This document shows positions 1-14,743 of a stretch of DNA of 64,000 nucleotides, in pieces. The position numbers and the translations under genes are program-made. Origin of the DNA: the human T2T-CHM13v2.0 reference genome, Homo sapiens. The DNA lies in NCBI RefSeq assembly GCF_009914755.1, contig NC_060929.1. One strand, given 5' to 3'. The notes under the pieces are model-generated. The model was not told where the DNA came from. It ran no database searches and saw nothing but the letters and a program-made list of their open reading frames with translations. Numbering within the stretch: position 1 is the first letter of the stretch; the number at the start of each line of letters is the position of its first letter.

Positions 1-42
1 GGCTGGAGAAAAACATTCTATGAAGTTTAAAACATGATTACC

Positions 43-344
43 GGCCAGGTGTGGTGGCTTATGCCTGTAATCTCAGCACTTTGGGAGGGTGAGGTGGGCA
101 GATCACCTGAGGTCAGGAATTCGAGACCAGCCTTGCCAACATGGCGAAACCCCGTCTCTACTGAAAATACAAAAATTAGCCGGGCATGGTGGCAGGTGCC
201 TGTAATCCTAGCTACTTGAGAGGCTGAGGCAGGAGAATGGCATGAACCTAGGAGGCGGAGGTTCCAGTGAGCCAAGATCATGCCACTGCACTCCAGCCTC
301 GGTGACAGTGAGACTTCATCTCAAAAAAAAAAAAAAAAAAAAAA
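43..344 (+). mobile_element. AluS
   Basis: Full dimer with A22 tail. Confidence 0.95.
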
Positions 345-689
<345 letters not shown>

Positions 690-882
690 CTAAAAATTGC
701 CCGTGTTCTAAAACTTCAGGAAAATTAATCTTCACTTAAAAATTAGCAATGGGAAAAGAACCAAATTCAAATTTCTTACAAAATTATTATGAGAAAAAAG
801 AGAATAAGGAGTAGGATGTCATTACAGATAATGTATACATGCCAGAAAATCATGGTCACAGATTAAATAAAAATGACAATCT

Positions 883-1203
<321 letters not shown>

Positions 1204-1411
1204 TTAAAATGAGCTAAAAGACACTAAGAAAATGATACTAGATGTGAAAGAACATAACTAAGAAGTATGAAAGATTGGAAATGAGGTGATAGGATTTAAG
1301 ACAGAAGTATAAAGAAAAAGATCAATTTAGGACTGAAGCGTAAACTTGAAAGAACATAATAGCGAATAAATGTAATACATATAGTTTTAGAGTAGAATTT
1401 AAAAAGAGGGA

Positions 1412-1956
1412 TGTGCAAAAAATTAACATAGCAGGCCTAATCACAAAGCTTTCCTTAGAAAGGCCTTCCTGCAAGCTTGGCCCTTGACTGGAGTCTGGGA
1501 CCTTGAATTTCGGGAGAGTTTTCACCATTTCGTGATGAGAGTGGCTCACTGTGCCTTAACTGTTTGTGCACACAGTGTGGTTTATGCTGATCACCTACCT
1601 TCTTGGAGCTGGAATTTTGGTACATGGTAGGGAGATGGTGCCTATGGGACCAGTCCGGCATAGAAACCATGGGTGCTGAGTCTCTAATGAGTTCCCTGGT
1701 GGACAGCATTTCACACGTGTTGTTACAATTCATTGCTGGGGAAATTTAAGTGCATCCTGTGTGACTCCGCCTGGAGAGGATTCTTGGATGCCCGGTTCCC
1801 CCTGGACTTTGCCTCAGGCACCTTTTCCTTTGCCTGATTTTGCTTTGCATTCTTTCACTGTAGTAAGTCATAGCTGTTAGTATTACTCTATGTCGAGTCC
1901 TGTGTATATACCATGAGTCATTGAACCTGGCAGTGGTCTTGTAGACTCAACATACA
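1412..1956 (+). mobile_element. Solo LTR, MER68-like (ERVL)
   Basis: Begins tgtgcaaaaaattaacatagcaggcct...ccttagaaaggcct and ends ...ca, matching the recalled MER68 consensus. Confidence 0.75.
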
Positions 1957-3680
1957 CCTTTCCCATTATTTGCCTTTCTAATGGGCTTATTGGCAGGATT
2001 TAGAAATGCAAAGTTAGTCATGTTGTTTAATTACAGATCAATTATAAGTGAATCTACAACCCTGAAGTTTTGTAATATAGTACAATTTATATTTTATAAA
2101 TCAAATTAACTGCCAAAAAGTTAGACAAGTGATGAATTTATGAACTCTGAAAGCTGTACACACAGAAATGTTTTCAGCAATAGATTTCATGTGTTATATG
2201 GTAGTTTTTGTCATTGTTTCCATTTTAAAATGATATTTAAATAAGTTCTGTACCCTTGTTGCCTTTGTCTGTCTTTTTTTTAAGCAGGGTTAGAGTAATA
2301 TGGAGTTGATTTCTCTGTCCAGCTTTTGACAAAGATGTTTCCCTCCCACTATTGAGGGAAAAAAAGCATCTATTGTATTTTTGGTGTCTGAAATATTGAT
2401 AAAACTATTTTCCCATGTTATATATAAGATTTCTATGCAGGTTCACAAAGCATGAATTCTAGCCAGATGTTGTTGGTGAGTTTCATTTCAAAGCACATAG
2501 AATTTGTCTTCTTCTACAATGGTAAATAATTTAGAATTGCTTGAGTGTTTCAGGTCAGTGATCGGATACTATTGGATACCTTAGGATGCTGGTAGATATA
2601 ACCCTTAGTTCAAAAATATATATAATTCTAATGGAAATAGGTGCTAACAGAAGGAAATTGCATTTCTATTGGGAAGGAAGACTCCAACTCCAGAATACGT
2701 ATAAATTTATACTTATAAATACTTACGAAATATATGGGAACTCCAGAAGCATGGTTAGTCCTTGTAGTTGCTTGATAATTATTCTAGATGGGAATCAATC
2801 TGATTTAAGATTGCCCAGTGGTTGATCTTTTATTAAAATCAATGTAGATATCAGTTTAAAAAAACTCTTAGTGCATCTGATTTGAACTTTAGATTACTTG
2901 TTTAGTAAGGACAAAAAGAAAAAACAAAAACACACACAGCAAAAAGAAAAGACAAAAACACCCATAACCAACCAAATAAAAAACCACACACACAACACAT
3001 TAATACTTACGTTAATACCATTGATTAAAATAACCTATACCTTTGCTCTCTAAAGGTCTGGGGTTGTGAGCTAACTTAAAAACCAGCTTGGTTGTTCACA
3101 GTTACTGGTTTCCTTTTGATATTGCAGATATTTGGTAATTATATGTAGATGAAGGCTGTAAGCCTTCTACCCCACCCCCTGTATACCAGGTAGTGGGTTA
3201 ATTCAAACTGAATTCTGCCACTCATTTAGATACTTTTTAGCAAGCAGGCACAAAAACAGTCATGTAAACTCTTCTCTAGCTCTATGAAATTACAATTCTG
3301 TCTTTTTGGTATTCCGACAGTACCTTGTTTCAGTGGTTCACTTGAGGCATGTGCAACATTATAATAGGGACAGTTCACTTTTAGTTGGAGTCAGGGAACA
3401 AACCCTGAGATAATTGGTAGAACAGGGGATGCTTTCAGAATCCGAAGCCTAAAACACCATCCCTTAGGGTATGGACTGTTGGATTTATAGGATTATTATA
3501 CCCTGTTCATATGAGGGAGGAGGCAACTGGGCAGTATTTCTGGACAGCCCACAAACTGCCATACCACCGTGAAAAATTATGTCTTACACATCTGTTGTTG
3601 ACAGAAGATAAAGGCAGTGAGCTGAGATGCTTTTAGGAAAGGCTGCTAGATTGTGGTTTCTTGATTAGTCTCATGCCAAC

Positions 3681-4034
3681 TGTTATGGCCTGGATGTTTG
3701 TGCCCTTCAAAATTCACATGTTGAAACCTAATGACTACTGTGGATATATTAAGAAGGGGCCTTTTACTAAGTGATTAGGTTATGAGGGCAGATCGTTTGT
3801 AAATGGGATTAATGCCCTTATATTAATAGAAAAGACTTAAAGGAACTGTTTGTCCCTCCTCCATGTGAAGACACACAGAAGGTGCCATCTATGGGGACTG
3901 AGCCCTCACTAGACACCAAATCTGCTGGCACCTTGATTTTGGACTTGACAGCCTCCAGAACTCTGAGCAATAAACTTCTGTTTACAAACTGCCCATTCTG
4001 AGGTATTCTGTTATAACCCAAATAAACAAAGATG
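3681..4034 (+). mobile_element. MaLR LTR (MLT1A/MST-like)
   Basis: Typical motifs: 'ctgctggcaccttgattttggactt...cctccagaact...gagcaataaa'. Confidence 0.85.
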
Positions 4035-5235
4035 CCAGCTAAGCACCGTTCTAGAGTCGACGTCTGATTAGGGCACTAACATGTTAACTAGTCACCCCTA
4101 GGATGGACTTAGTTAAACCTAATTGTCAGAACAGCGGAAGTAAGGACTCATATCTAAACACATAGGTAACTGGTTAGATACCAACTCAGAGCCCAGGCTA
4201 TCAGCCAAACTTCCAACTTAGATCTTTGACCATGAATTCATGTGAACTCTTGTCAGCTACATAGCCAATCACTGCCTAATTGTTTCTTCCTGTAAATAAT
4301 GTTTTACATTTTATAACTGTCTGGCTATTTCACAGACATTTCTGGAGCTTTGTGATTCAAAGGGAAAAATATAAACCCAACCTGGTTTTCCCTAGGAAGA
4401 TGGCAGATATTTGTAGACCCTCTACTGTCTGCTAAGCTGTACAGGTGGTACAAAATGATTGCCTTCAGGGAGCTTAGATCTATTAAGGAGGGTAGAGGCA
4501 CAACATAAATTGCTGTAATTCAAGACAAATTAAGTTAACTGCTACCAGAGGGAGAGAAAGGGCTGAACACTTGCTATCCTTTCAGTTTTGGAGTTGCTTC
4601 CCGCTGAAAATCATTAACAGATTATCGTTCTTTGGAAGCTAGATCAAACCTGTCACAGATACATTACACTACCAAAGGACAGCATTGAGTTACTAGGCAA
4701 CGTTCCTAATTTGAGGTAAAGTATTTCTCTTTTCCAGGGCTTTGGGGCCTTAGTCAAAGGAGTCATCTAGAAGTGAAGGAATCTCTTTTTGGGTACTGGT
4801 TTTTCGGGCTCTGATATTAGGTTCTCTAAAGTTCTGGGTGAGGGCTTGTTTTCTTAACTCGGGAAACTGGATGTTACCTAAATTTCATTATAGCTATGAG
4901 AAGGGTGGTTAGGTTTATAGCACAAACACTTATGCCTTTCTTTTGTTAAATAATTTAGTGACCTGCTGTTATTTTCCTTGCCTTTAAAAATAAGCTCTCA
5001 AGCCTGTAAGGGCTGTTGACAGAAACATCTAAGGACTGGCTGATAAAGGATATTGAATTACTGCATTAGTACTGCATTGATTAGTACTTCTTAACACGAA
5101 TTGGAATTGTACATACATTTATTAGTCATGCTGTAGCTCATTCTCAAATCTTTTTGAAATTTATTGAACTTCTAATTTTGTTTTGGATAGATACTGAGAC
5201 AATAAGGAGAGTGTGAATGCTTTAACTCAGTTTAA

Positions 5236-5599
<364 letters not shown>

Positions 5600-5649
5600 G
5601 CATGTGTGTTGTTAATTACAGAGTAAATAACACTTGTTGCATATGTTAG

Positions 5650-5955
<306 letters not shown>

Positions 5956-6392
5956 TAGAATCTTGATTAAAAGTATTTATCAAGATGATCTCATGCTAAA
6001 GAATAAGGAGGACAGTTTTAAGTATCTTGACATATTTTTCTAGCTGATTACACAGCTTTTCATGAAGATGTGGCTACTGTGCTTGGCTAATGATAAAAGA
6101 CCATGTTTGGTTCTATTCCTAGAGCAAAACCAAAACAAAATGTTGTTACCATTACTTCCCTTTCCTGTTCTTGTTTTTTTTTTGTTAGAGTAACTATCTT
6201 TGTCTTGCATCAATCTACTTAACAGCACCAGCGTTAATGGACTACAACAGCCTGATGAATTTTCATTTTGCTCCTTTTGTTTGATTTTCTATCAGAATGC
6301 TAATTTTTGCCATAATGTAGCTGGCATGTTTCTAGTTCCTGAATTAGTTTTTTATTTCTTTATGCACTTACATCTAGGCTAATTATATTTGA

Positions 6393-6563
<171 letters not shown>

Positions 6564-6944
6564 TAGAGGTACAGGTGAAAATATAGTGTCTTTAGCTGAC
6601 TGCAGTATTAATTGATAACTGTAGCTCTTTTTGGAGAATGAACTGTACATAATATTTCTCTGGGTTTTTTGGGGGGAATGATGGAGCTGCCCTTTTTAAT
6701 GACTGAGGGGCATGCTTATCCTGACAATTTCTGTAACATCATTTCTATATCATGTAGTTTTTTGGAAAGGCATCATCACTGAAAATATGAAGCGGATTTT
6801 TTTTGTCTACTTGGTTATATTTTTCTATACACCTTTAGCTTTTTCTTGAAATGTTTGCAGTCTTATTTAATTATTCAGGTTATAAAACAGGTTTCTGGGA
6901 TATTCAGTTTGACTGTAAGATGCATAACATTTCAGTTTGCAAAC

Positions 6945-7254
6945 TTTCTTTTTTTTTTTTTCTTCTTTGAGACAGAGTCTCGCTCTGTTGCCCAGGCTGG
7001 GTTGAGTGAAGTGATGCGATATTGGCTCACTGCAACCTCTGCCTCCCAGGTTCAAGCAATTCTCCTGCCTCAGCCTCCTAAGTAGCTGGGATTACAGGCA
7101 CCTGCCACCACGCCTGGCTAATTTTTGTATTTTTAGTAGAGACAGGGTTTCGCCATATTGGCCAGGCTGGTCTTGAACTGTTGACCTCAGGTGATCCACC
7201 TGCCTCGGCCTCCCAAAATCCTAGGATTACAGGCGTAAGCAAACGCACCTGGCC
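6945..7254 (-). mobile_element. AluS (antisense)
   Basis: Reverse Alu with degenerate TSD tcagtt..caaacttt. Confidence 0.95.
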
Positions 7255-9141
7255 TCAGTTCACAAACTTTCATTGTTTATTTGTCCTTTGTTGATGAATT
7301 AGGAAGATAACGGGGAGATTAAACTTATTGCTTTCATTTATTAAATTATCACTTGGGAAGATGAGACATTATATTATAAAATTAATGTTATCCTAACAAA
7401 GTAATAGAGATAAAAAGCAACCCCACGTCATTTGATTAAGTACTGGAGAATCATCTGAACCATCTGAGTCAAAGGAGTTAAAACTCTTCAGAAATATTTA
7501 TTACTATTGCAAATTAAAGTAAACACTGAATTTATTCTCCTGACTCCTGAATCTGCATATTATTAACTAGTTTCTCTCAGTTTCTTCCTGTTCCAGTCTG
7601 TTCTAGTATGCTGAATTCAGATGTATTTTTGTTCAGTAACATTTTTATCTTGTCATCATCCAAAAGCTGAGAATCTGTCCTGCCGGTCTGTCTCGTCAAC
7701 TCTGTAGCCATCTCCATGATAGGAAATAAGTAGTAGGAATAAAGAGACATTTCTCGGCTGAAGGAGTGCTGATAGCCTGCAGCCAGCCCTGGCATTGTAA
7801 GCGTTCCCTGCTTCTGCCGCATCTTCCCTGTTCAAATCCTACTACAACAGAGTCAGTTCTGAAATCAAATTCCTAAGGCAGAAATCATCTGGAATCAAAA
7901 TACCCTTCAAAATTCCTTCCTTTATTGGACCTTGCACCATTTTAGAAGCCGAAGCTGAGATTAACATCTTCTGCTTGTCTTTGTACTTCAACTTCACCCC
8001 CACCGCCCCCCGCCCACCTTTCCAAGGAGCAATGGAAAGAGGTGCAGGGTAGGAGTTGGGTGTCAGCAAGAACAAGGATATAATAGGACACGTATCTGTC
8101 CCTCCTCTCTTGTCTGAGCCTGCTTCTCCAGGGGTGTCAGGGAATTGGCCTCCTCACGGGACCCTTTACCCCAGTCAGGCCAGTCAAGCTGTGGTCTCAG
8201 GAGCAGTGCTGCTGCTGATCTGAACTGCCCTCCTTAGCCTGTCCAGCCATCCTCAGAGGAACCTTTGTGACCTTGTACCTTCTCTGTGCTCTCTCCATTG
8301 AACTCCTGAGGCCTGAGAGCTTATGTCACACCTTTTCTAGTTGATTCCTGGCAGGTGGCATTGTATCCTAATTACGAGTCTTTTTCCAACTTGGCTATAA
8401 GCACCCTGAGGGTGGGACCATGTCCTTGCTATGTTCAGCACATAGGAGGTACTCTGGAAGTAGCTACTTACAGAGGAGAAGGAAAAAAGAAAGGATTAAA
8501 AAAACCCAACTCAAGTGGAAACAGCCATTTTAGGTCTCAAGATTTAAATGTCTCAGTGGGCTTTGTACTACTGTGAAACCTTGGTTAAAATTAATTATGT
8601 CTAGTTAATTGTGATTTTTTTTTAAGGACCCAAATTTTAAGTGGCAAAAGCAAACTTTTCTAAGGATTTAGTAAAACAAACTAAAATAAAATCCTTCCTG
8701 GGTAAATACCTAGAGTGCAGTGCAAGTTCATGTCTATCTCCAGCACCTTGTTCAGTGTTGTCATGAGAGCATTGGTTTATAAAATGGTAACTGTGAAATA
8801 CCAAAGGAAAATTAAGTCATCTTCCTATGTTGTATTTCCCAAGGTAGGAAAGTATGCAATTATATTTTAAAGATGCTTAGATAAAGCATCTTTATCATTT
8901 CAAAAGAATTTCTGAATAATTTATTCTTTGGTAACCAAAAACTATAAACGATCCCTTTTCTGTGTAAAATGTCAGTACTTCATTCTGTATGTATGTATTC
9001 ATCTGTCAAACATTAAATGAACACCTGTTATGAGCCACATTGTGCTAGGTATATATGACATTTAGAATCGGGGTATATGAAATAACAATTTGGCACAAAT
9101 AATTGTCTAGTTAATAAAACTTGTTTTCTGGTCTTTCTTAG

Positions 9142-9252
<111 letters not shown>

Positions 9253-9793
9253 TAAAAGGAATTCTTTTTGGGGTGTTTAATCTGAAATTATAAAATTTTG
9301 AAATTAAAGGCATTTTAAAACCAAGGTTACCATTGTTTTTAAGAACACAGTTTTAAATTGGAGAACATTTTATTTTAGAACTGAGCAATAGACTGGCTCT
9401 CTAGTATTACAAGGATTTTTTTCCTCATTCTCGTGAATGAGCCTGCCTGCAGATTGGCAGACATAGGGCGTTGTCCCAGGAAAGTGAGGAGAGATGCCTT
9501 TTGTGGAGGGCTTTGAAGGCTAGACTGAGGAGTTGATAGCCAGAGGGAGTTCATTCAGTGATTCTGAGCATGGGGCTGATATCATCAGAGCTGGGCTTGT
9601 GTGTAGGAGGGGACTAAGTGGTAGTAGTGGTGGGATCAAGTTAGCAAGTTCATGGAGAGGTGCCCAGGACCTGAGCTACAGCAGTAATAGCAAGGAGTCC
9701 AAAAGAGGGGTTAGGTGTGAAATGCTTAGAAGAGTAGAGTGAGTAAAGTTGGAGCTCCCTAAGGGAAGATACTTGAATCCAGTGCCTAACATA

Positions 9794-9972
9794 CAGTGAT
9801 TTCCAAGGTTGTCTGCACATCGGAATCACCTGGGATGCTTCACAAAATACTCATGCCTGTGTCCAGCCCCCATAGATTGTGATTTAATTGGTCTCCAGCA
9901 TGACCAGGGAGTTGAGATTTAAATTTTACCCAGATGATTCTGATATGCAGATAAATTTGGAGATTCTGACCT
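9794..9972. mobile_element. MER5A-like hAT-Charlie MITE
   Basis: cagtgatttccaagg...gaatcacctggg...ccagatgattctgat motifs. Confidence 0.7.
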
Positions 9973-10069
9973 AGAACAGTGCCTGGCACTTAGTAGAAGC
10001 CCAGTTAATGTTTATTGAATGAAAATTGTTATTTATTGCACACTTTCTATTTACTGGTGTTTAATACTC

Positions 10070-10500
10070 AAAATCACCTTCTGAGATAGGTTCTTGAAAT
10101 GAGGAAACAGATTCAGAGAGCTTCACTAACTTGCTTAGTGTTTCATAGCTGGTAGAGATAAATATAAGATTTAAAACCAGCATTGACTCCAGAGACCTTA
10201 GCAGGAACAAGCCATTATCCTGAATAGTTATACCTCTGGCTAGACCAGAGTGAATATGGTGTGATGGTGAAGAGAACCGCTATGTGTTGGCTCTGTCAGC
10301 TGAGTGAGTCACTCCCACTAATCCTCAGTGTTCTCACCTTTGACATGGTGGAACACCTCATCACAGCATTGCTGTAAGGAATAAAATTTTGAGCTCTTTA
10401 TCTCACACCACACAGTATGCTAGGAGCTTTATGAGCATTGTCTCTTTTAAACTGCACAGCAGCCTCACTAAGCAGATGCTGTTATTAGCCCTGTGTTACT
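10070..10500. mobile_element. MIR fragments
   Basis: MIR core motifs 'atgaggaaacagattcagagag' and 'cctcagtgttctcacct'. Confidence 0.6.
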
Positions 10501-10582
10501 CTGTGATTAATAAATAGTCACTATTTTCAATAATGGATTGCAGATGTTAATGTTGGTCATAGGCTTGAAGACACTGTTATGG

Positions 10583-11545
10583 GTTTTGCTGTTGTTTTCT
10601 TCTTTTTCTTTTGCAAGTTTTTTTTTTTACAATGCCAACTTTAAAAGGTCACTAAAGTTAACTGGACAATAATCTAGGCAGACATCACTTTACAAAAAAG
10701 AGGGAAAGCCCAAAATGCCACCTTCTATAGAAAACGCACAGTACAGTTTTATTCAGAGCAAAGAAAAAAGAAACTTGATCATACTATGAGAAACTCAGCC
10801 ATAGGTTTGGAATCCGTATTCACACCACACATTCACTGAGGACAATATTCTGCTCATACGATTGATTTGCTGCTGCATTTCACTGCTGTTTGTCTGATAT
10901 TAACAATTTTAAACAGAGCAGGGCAGCTAGTATTTGGAACAATCCTTACAGTGTGACGGCGTCAAGGACGTTTCACTTCTGTTCACACCGCTGGTTCGCT
11001 TGGCATACCTGGGTTTCCTCTTCTTCAGTAAAGTCATTTTTGATATTGGAAGTCTTGCGAATCTTCTCAGGACTTTTCTCCTTGATTGTATGGGCAACAG
11101 TCTTGTGTGTAACATCAAGCAAACCTTTGATGTCTAAGTAGTTTGCAGGCAGAAGTAGTACAAAAAGTATTCCTTGATCGACTTTCAGGAATTGTTGGTC
11201 CTAAGGAGGGATCTCCTCTGTTCGTTTTCTTTGTTCGCATCATCCTCGGGAGGAGGACGGCCATTTTTGTGGTGGGTACACCACCAAATGACCTTTTAAA
11301 AATATTGCTGCATTAACTTTGGTAGAGGAGCTGGGTCGTTATCTCCATCATCCATTCTCATATCTTCCAACATGGTCTTGATAGTCACAGATTGTTTGGC
11401 AATTTCCACATCAAATATCTCCGCATCAAAACTCAGCATCTTAATTGACGGCATGGTGTTTGAGCTTAAGGAGACCACTGGCCAGAGGCTCATGAGAGCA
11501 GGGCGACATCAGCAAAGAAGAGGAAGGCAGAGGACAAGGACACTC
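10583..11545 (-). pseudogene. Processed SKP1 pseudogene (5'UTR, CDS about 11454-10973, 3'UTR, decayed poly(A))
   Basis: The minus strand reads [31 protein letters not shown]... (SKP1 N-terminus) with frameshifts, and ends in a 'CEQK*'-like sequence at 10973. It has no introns, SKP1-like 3'UTR sequence to about 10615, then a T-rich tail at 10583-10612. Confidence 0.93.
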
Positions 11546-12290
11546 AAGACATGGTTTGGATGATGATAATTACCAAATCTTTTCAGATTTAGTGGGTCAC
11601 TCCGATTTCTTTTCTTAGCCATAAAGACCTTAAGACATGGGAAACTGATGAGGTAAAGAAGAAATCCTGAAAATGGAAATATCTTCTTTAGTTCAGCATT
11701 CTAATGAAATAAGCAGACCTTGTAGAGCAGACGCAGACAAGATGGCTTTCTGTGGACAACAGTGTAAGGGATGCAGCATTGTGGCTGCTGGAAAGGCTGC
11801 CTAAACATCTACTACAATTCTTACTGTGTTTTTGCTTACATGTTACAGCAGAAACAGACTCACTAGCAGACTTTTCCATGTAAATTAAAATTTTTCATTT
11901 CCAATGTTAAATTTCCTTTTTTTTTGTGTACCCAGGATTAATTTGAGATAAATCTAGTAGACCATGTTGTCTGTTGTTAGGCGCCGAATCATGTATCTCT
12001 GGGGATCCTACCTTCCCAGAAAGGCAGAGAGAAAATATGCCAGGCATTCAACACTGATGTTTTCAAGTATGAACTTTTCACTGACCTAACACTGATGTTA
12101 GCCAAAAACAAACACACGAACCTTTTCTTTGCCCTTTTATTTTAGGTCATGGTTTTTAAACTTTTATACTCCTAATCTATTAAAATCTATTTCAAAAGAA
12201 TTCCAGTTTAATTTTAATGGCACTTGCAACGTATTCCAAACAAATACCTGGAGAGAATCTGCTGATTAGTCAGTGGCTCAGCTATATAAT

Positions 12291-12601
12291 TAGTCATGTA
12301 CCACATGACAACATTTTGGTCCTTGGGGATTGCATATACAGAGGTGTTTTCTATGTTTAGAAATGTTTAGACACACAAATACTTACCATTGTGTTACAGT
12401 AGCCTACAGTATTTAGTAGAGTAACATGCTGTCTGGGTTTTAGCGTAGGAGCAGTATACTGTACCATATAGCCTAGGTGTGCAGTGGGCTGTACTATCTA
12501 ATTTTATGTAACTATATGCTCTGTAATGTCCACAGAATGACAAAATTGTCTAACGATGCATTTTCCAGAATGTATCCCCATCATTAAGTGAGGCATGATG
12601 G
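12291..12601. mobile_element. Tigger3-family internal-deletion derivative
   Basis: Termini agtcatgtaccacatgacaac...cattaagtgaggcatga and an internal 'ccatatagcctaggtgtg' motif. Confidence 0.75.
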
Positions 12602-13323
12602 TGTTGTTGTTTATACTGACATAAGTGCCTTACTGATCACATCAGTGGCTCATCCAGACAAATATTCTGTCTCTGACATTGACTGCCAAAGGTTAGTTTA
12701 GGGTCTGGTTTTCTTCTACAGTGAGATCGTAGAACAAATAATGGATGACGAGGGGATTTAGCAAAATAATGCAGATCTCCCCAGGTTCTGCAAGATCCCA
12801 TTGTTTGTCAGTCATCCATGAATTCTCCTAAATCCCTTAAGCTCCTCTTTGTATTTTTATCTTGTTCTAGCTCTTAAGGGCAAACACACAGTTCATAAGT
12901 CTAGGACCAGGCATTCAAGTTTCAGAAGACTTTCCACTCCCGTCACCTTTTATTCTATAAAATGGTCTCTTTGGTGCAAAATTTTAATAGTGACTTTTAG
13001 AAAGTAAAAATGATTTTTACTTTACTTATTGACTGATTCAAAGAGTTCACTTAGATTATTGAGGCTGGATTTTACTGTACTGATATCACATTAGCTTTTA
13101 TAAATAGATTATTTTTTCTTATGTGTTCTCACCTGTAGTTTTTATCAGTTCTGCTAATTTTAGGCAAGAAGATTCTTCAGTGTAGTTGTTTTTTAAATAA
13201 ATGCATGTCACATTGGCATGCCATTATTCTTAAGGCCTTTTAAAATTAGATTATATCGAATTAATTTTTTTTGAGGTTCTGTCTTTGGACTTCTTTCAGT
13301 TGATATAGTCTTGTCAATTTTTT

Positions 13324-13327
<4 letters not shown>

Positions 13328-13357
<30 letters not shown>
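13328..13357. repeat. (AC)15 microsatellite
   Basis: Read directly from the sequence. Confidence 0.98.
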
Positions 13358-13359
<2 letters not shown>

Positions 13360-13708
13360 ATATGTATGTCATTGGTTTTGTCAAAAAGCCTGAAAATGCA
13401 AATTCTGCTTGTAAATATTGGTAGAGGAGAAAAAAAGAAAACCGTGAGATGAGTCTGTGTTCCAGACTCATTGGTGGGTTATGTGGGATGAGTCTCTAAA
13501 ATGGTGAGTTAAGCAAAATAATTAATTTCCAAGGCAGATTTGTTTATCTTAGAGGTATTCCACTTTCAGTAGCATACTATATACTTTAAAAATTAAAAGA
13601 AATTTAGTTTCTTTCATGAGTACCTCTTTCTTCTACCTGTACTTTACATTTTTTAATTAAAAAAATTTGTAAAGTTTTATCTTTAATTGACAAATAATTG
13701 TATATATT

Positions 13709-14235
13709 TGTATTAGGGTTCTGTAGAGGGAGAGAACTAATAGGATAGATGTATATAAGGAGTATTGACTTACATGATCACAAGGTGAAGTCCCACTGTA
13801 GGCTGTCTGCACGCTGAGGGGCAAGGAAGCCAGTCTGAATCCCAAAACCTCAAAAGTAGGGAAGCCAACAGTGCAGCCTTCAGTTTGTCGCCAAAGGGCA
13901 GAGAGTCCCTGGCAAACCACTGGTGAAGGTCCAAGAGTCCAAAAGTTGAAGAACTGAGAGTCTGATGTTCAAGGGCAGGAAGCATCCAGCACAGGAGAAA
14001 GATGGAGGCCTCAAGACTCAGCCAGTCTAGTCCTTCCATGTTTCTCTGCCTGCTTTTATCATAGCCACACTGGCAGCTGATTAGATGGTGCCCACCAGAT
14101 TGAGTGTGAGTCTGCCTCTCCTAGCCCACTGACTAAATGTTAATCTCCTTTGGCAATACCCTCACAGATACACCCAGGAACAATACTTTGCATCCTTCCA
14201 CCCAATCAAGTTGACATTCAGTATTAACCATCACA
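13709..14235 (-). mobile_element. MLT2 (ERVL) solo LTR nested in L1
   Basis: tgtattagggttct...attaaccatcaca with a 5-bp TSD atatt at 13704-13708 and 14236-14240. Confidence 0.9.
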
Positions 14236-14698
14236 ATATTCATGGGGTACAATGTGATATTTCATTACATATATACATTATAGAATGATCAAATCAAGCT
14301 AATTAATATATCTATCACCTCAAACATTTATCATTTTTTTTTGTTGAGAACATTTAAAACCCTCTTTTAGCTATTTTGACACACATACAATGCATTAACT
14401 ATAGTCACCGTACTATGCAATAGATCACCAGAACTTGTTCTTGTCTAACCAAAACTTTGCACCAGTTGACCAGCATCTCTCTTTTCCCCATCTACCCTCT
14501 CCCCTAGCCTCTGATGACCACCAATCTGATCTCTACTTCTATGAGTTTGACTTTATTTGATTTTACATATAAGTGAGATGATGTGGTATTTCTCTGTCTG
14601 TGCCTGGCTTATTTCACTTTGCATTATGTCCTCTAGGTTCATCCATATTGTCAAATGATAGAATTTACTGCTTTTTTTTTTAAGGCTGAATAGTATTC

Positions 14699-14702
<4 letters not shown>

Positions 14703-14742
<40 letters not shown>
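14703..14742. repeat. (GT)20 microsatellite
   Basis: Read directly from the sequence. Confidence 0.98.
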
Positions 14743-14743
<1 letters not shown>

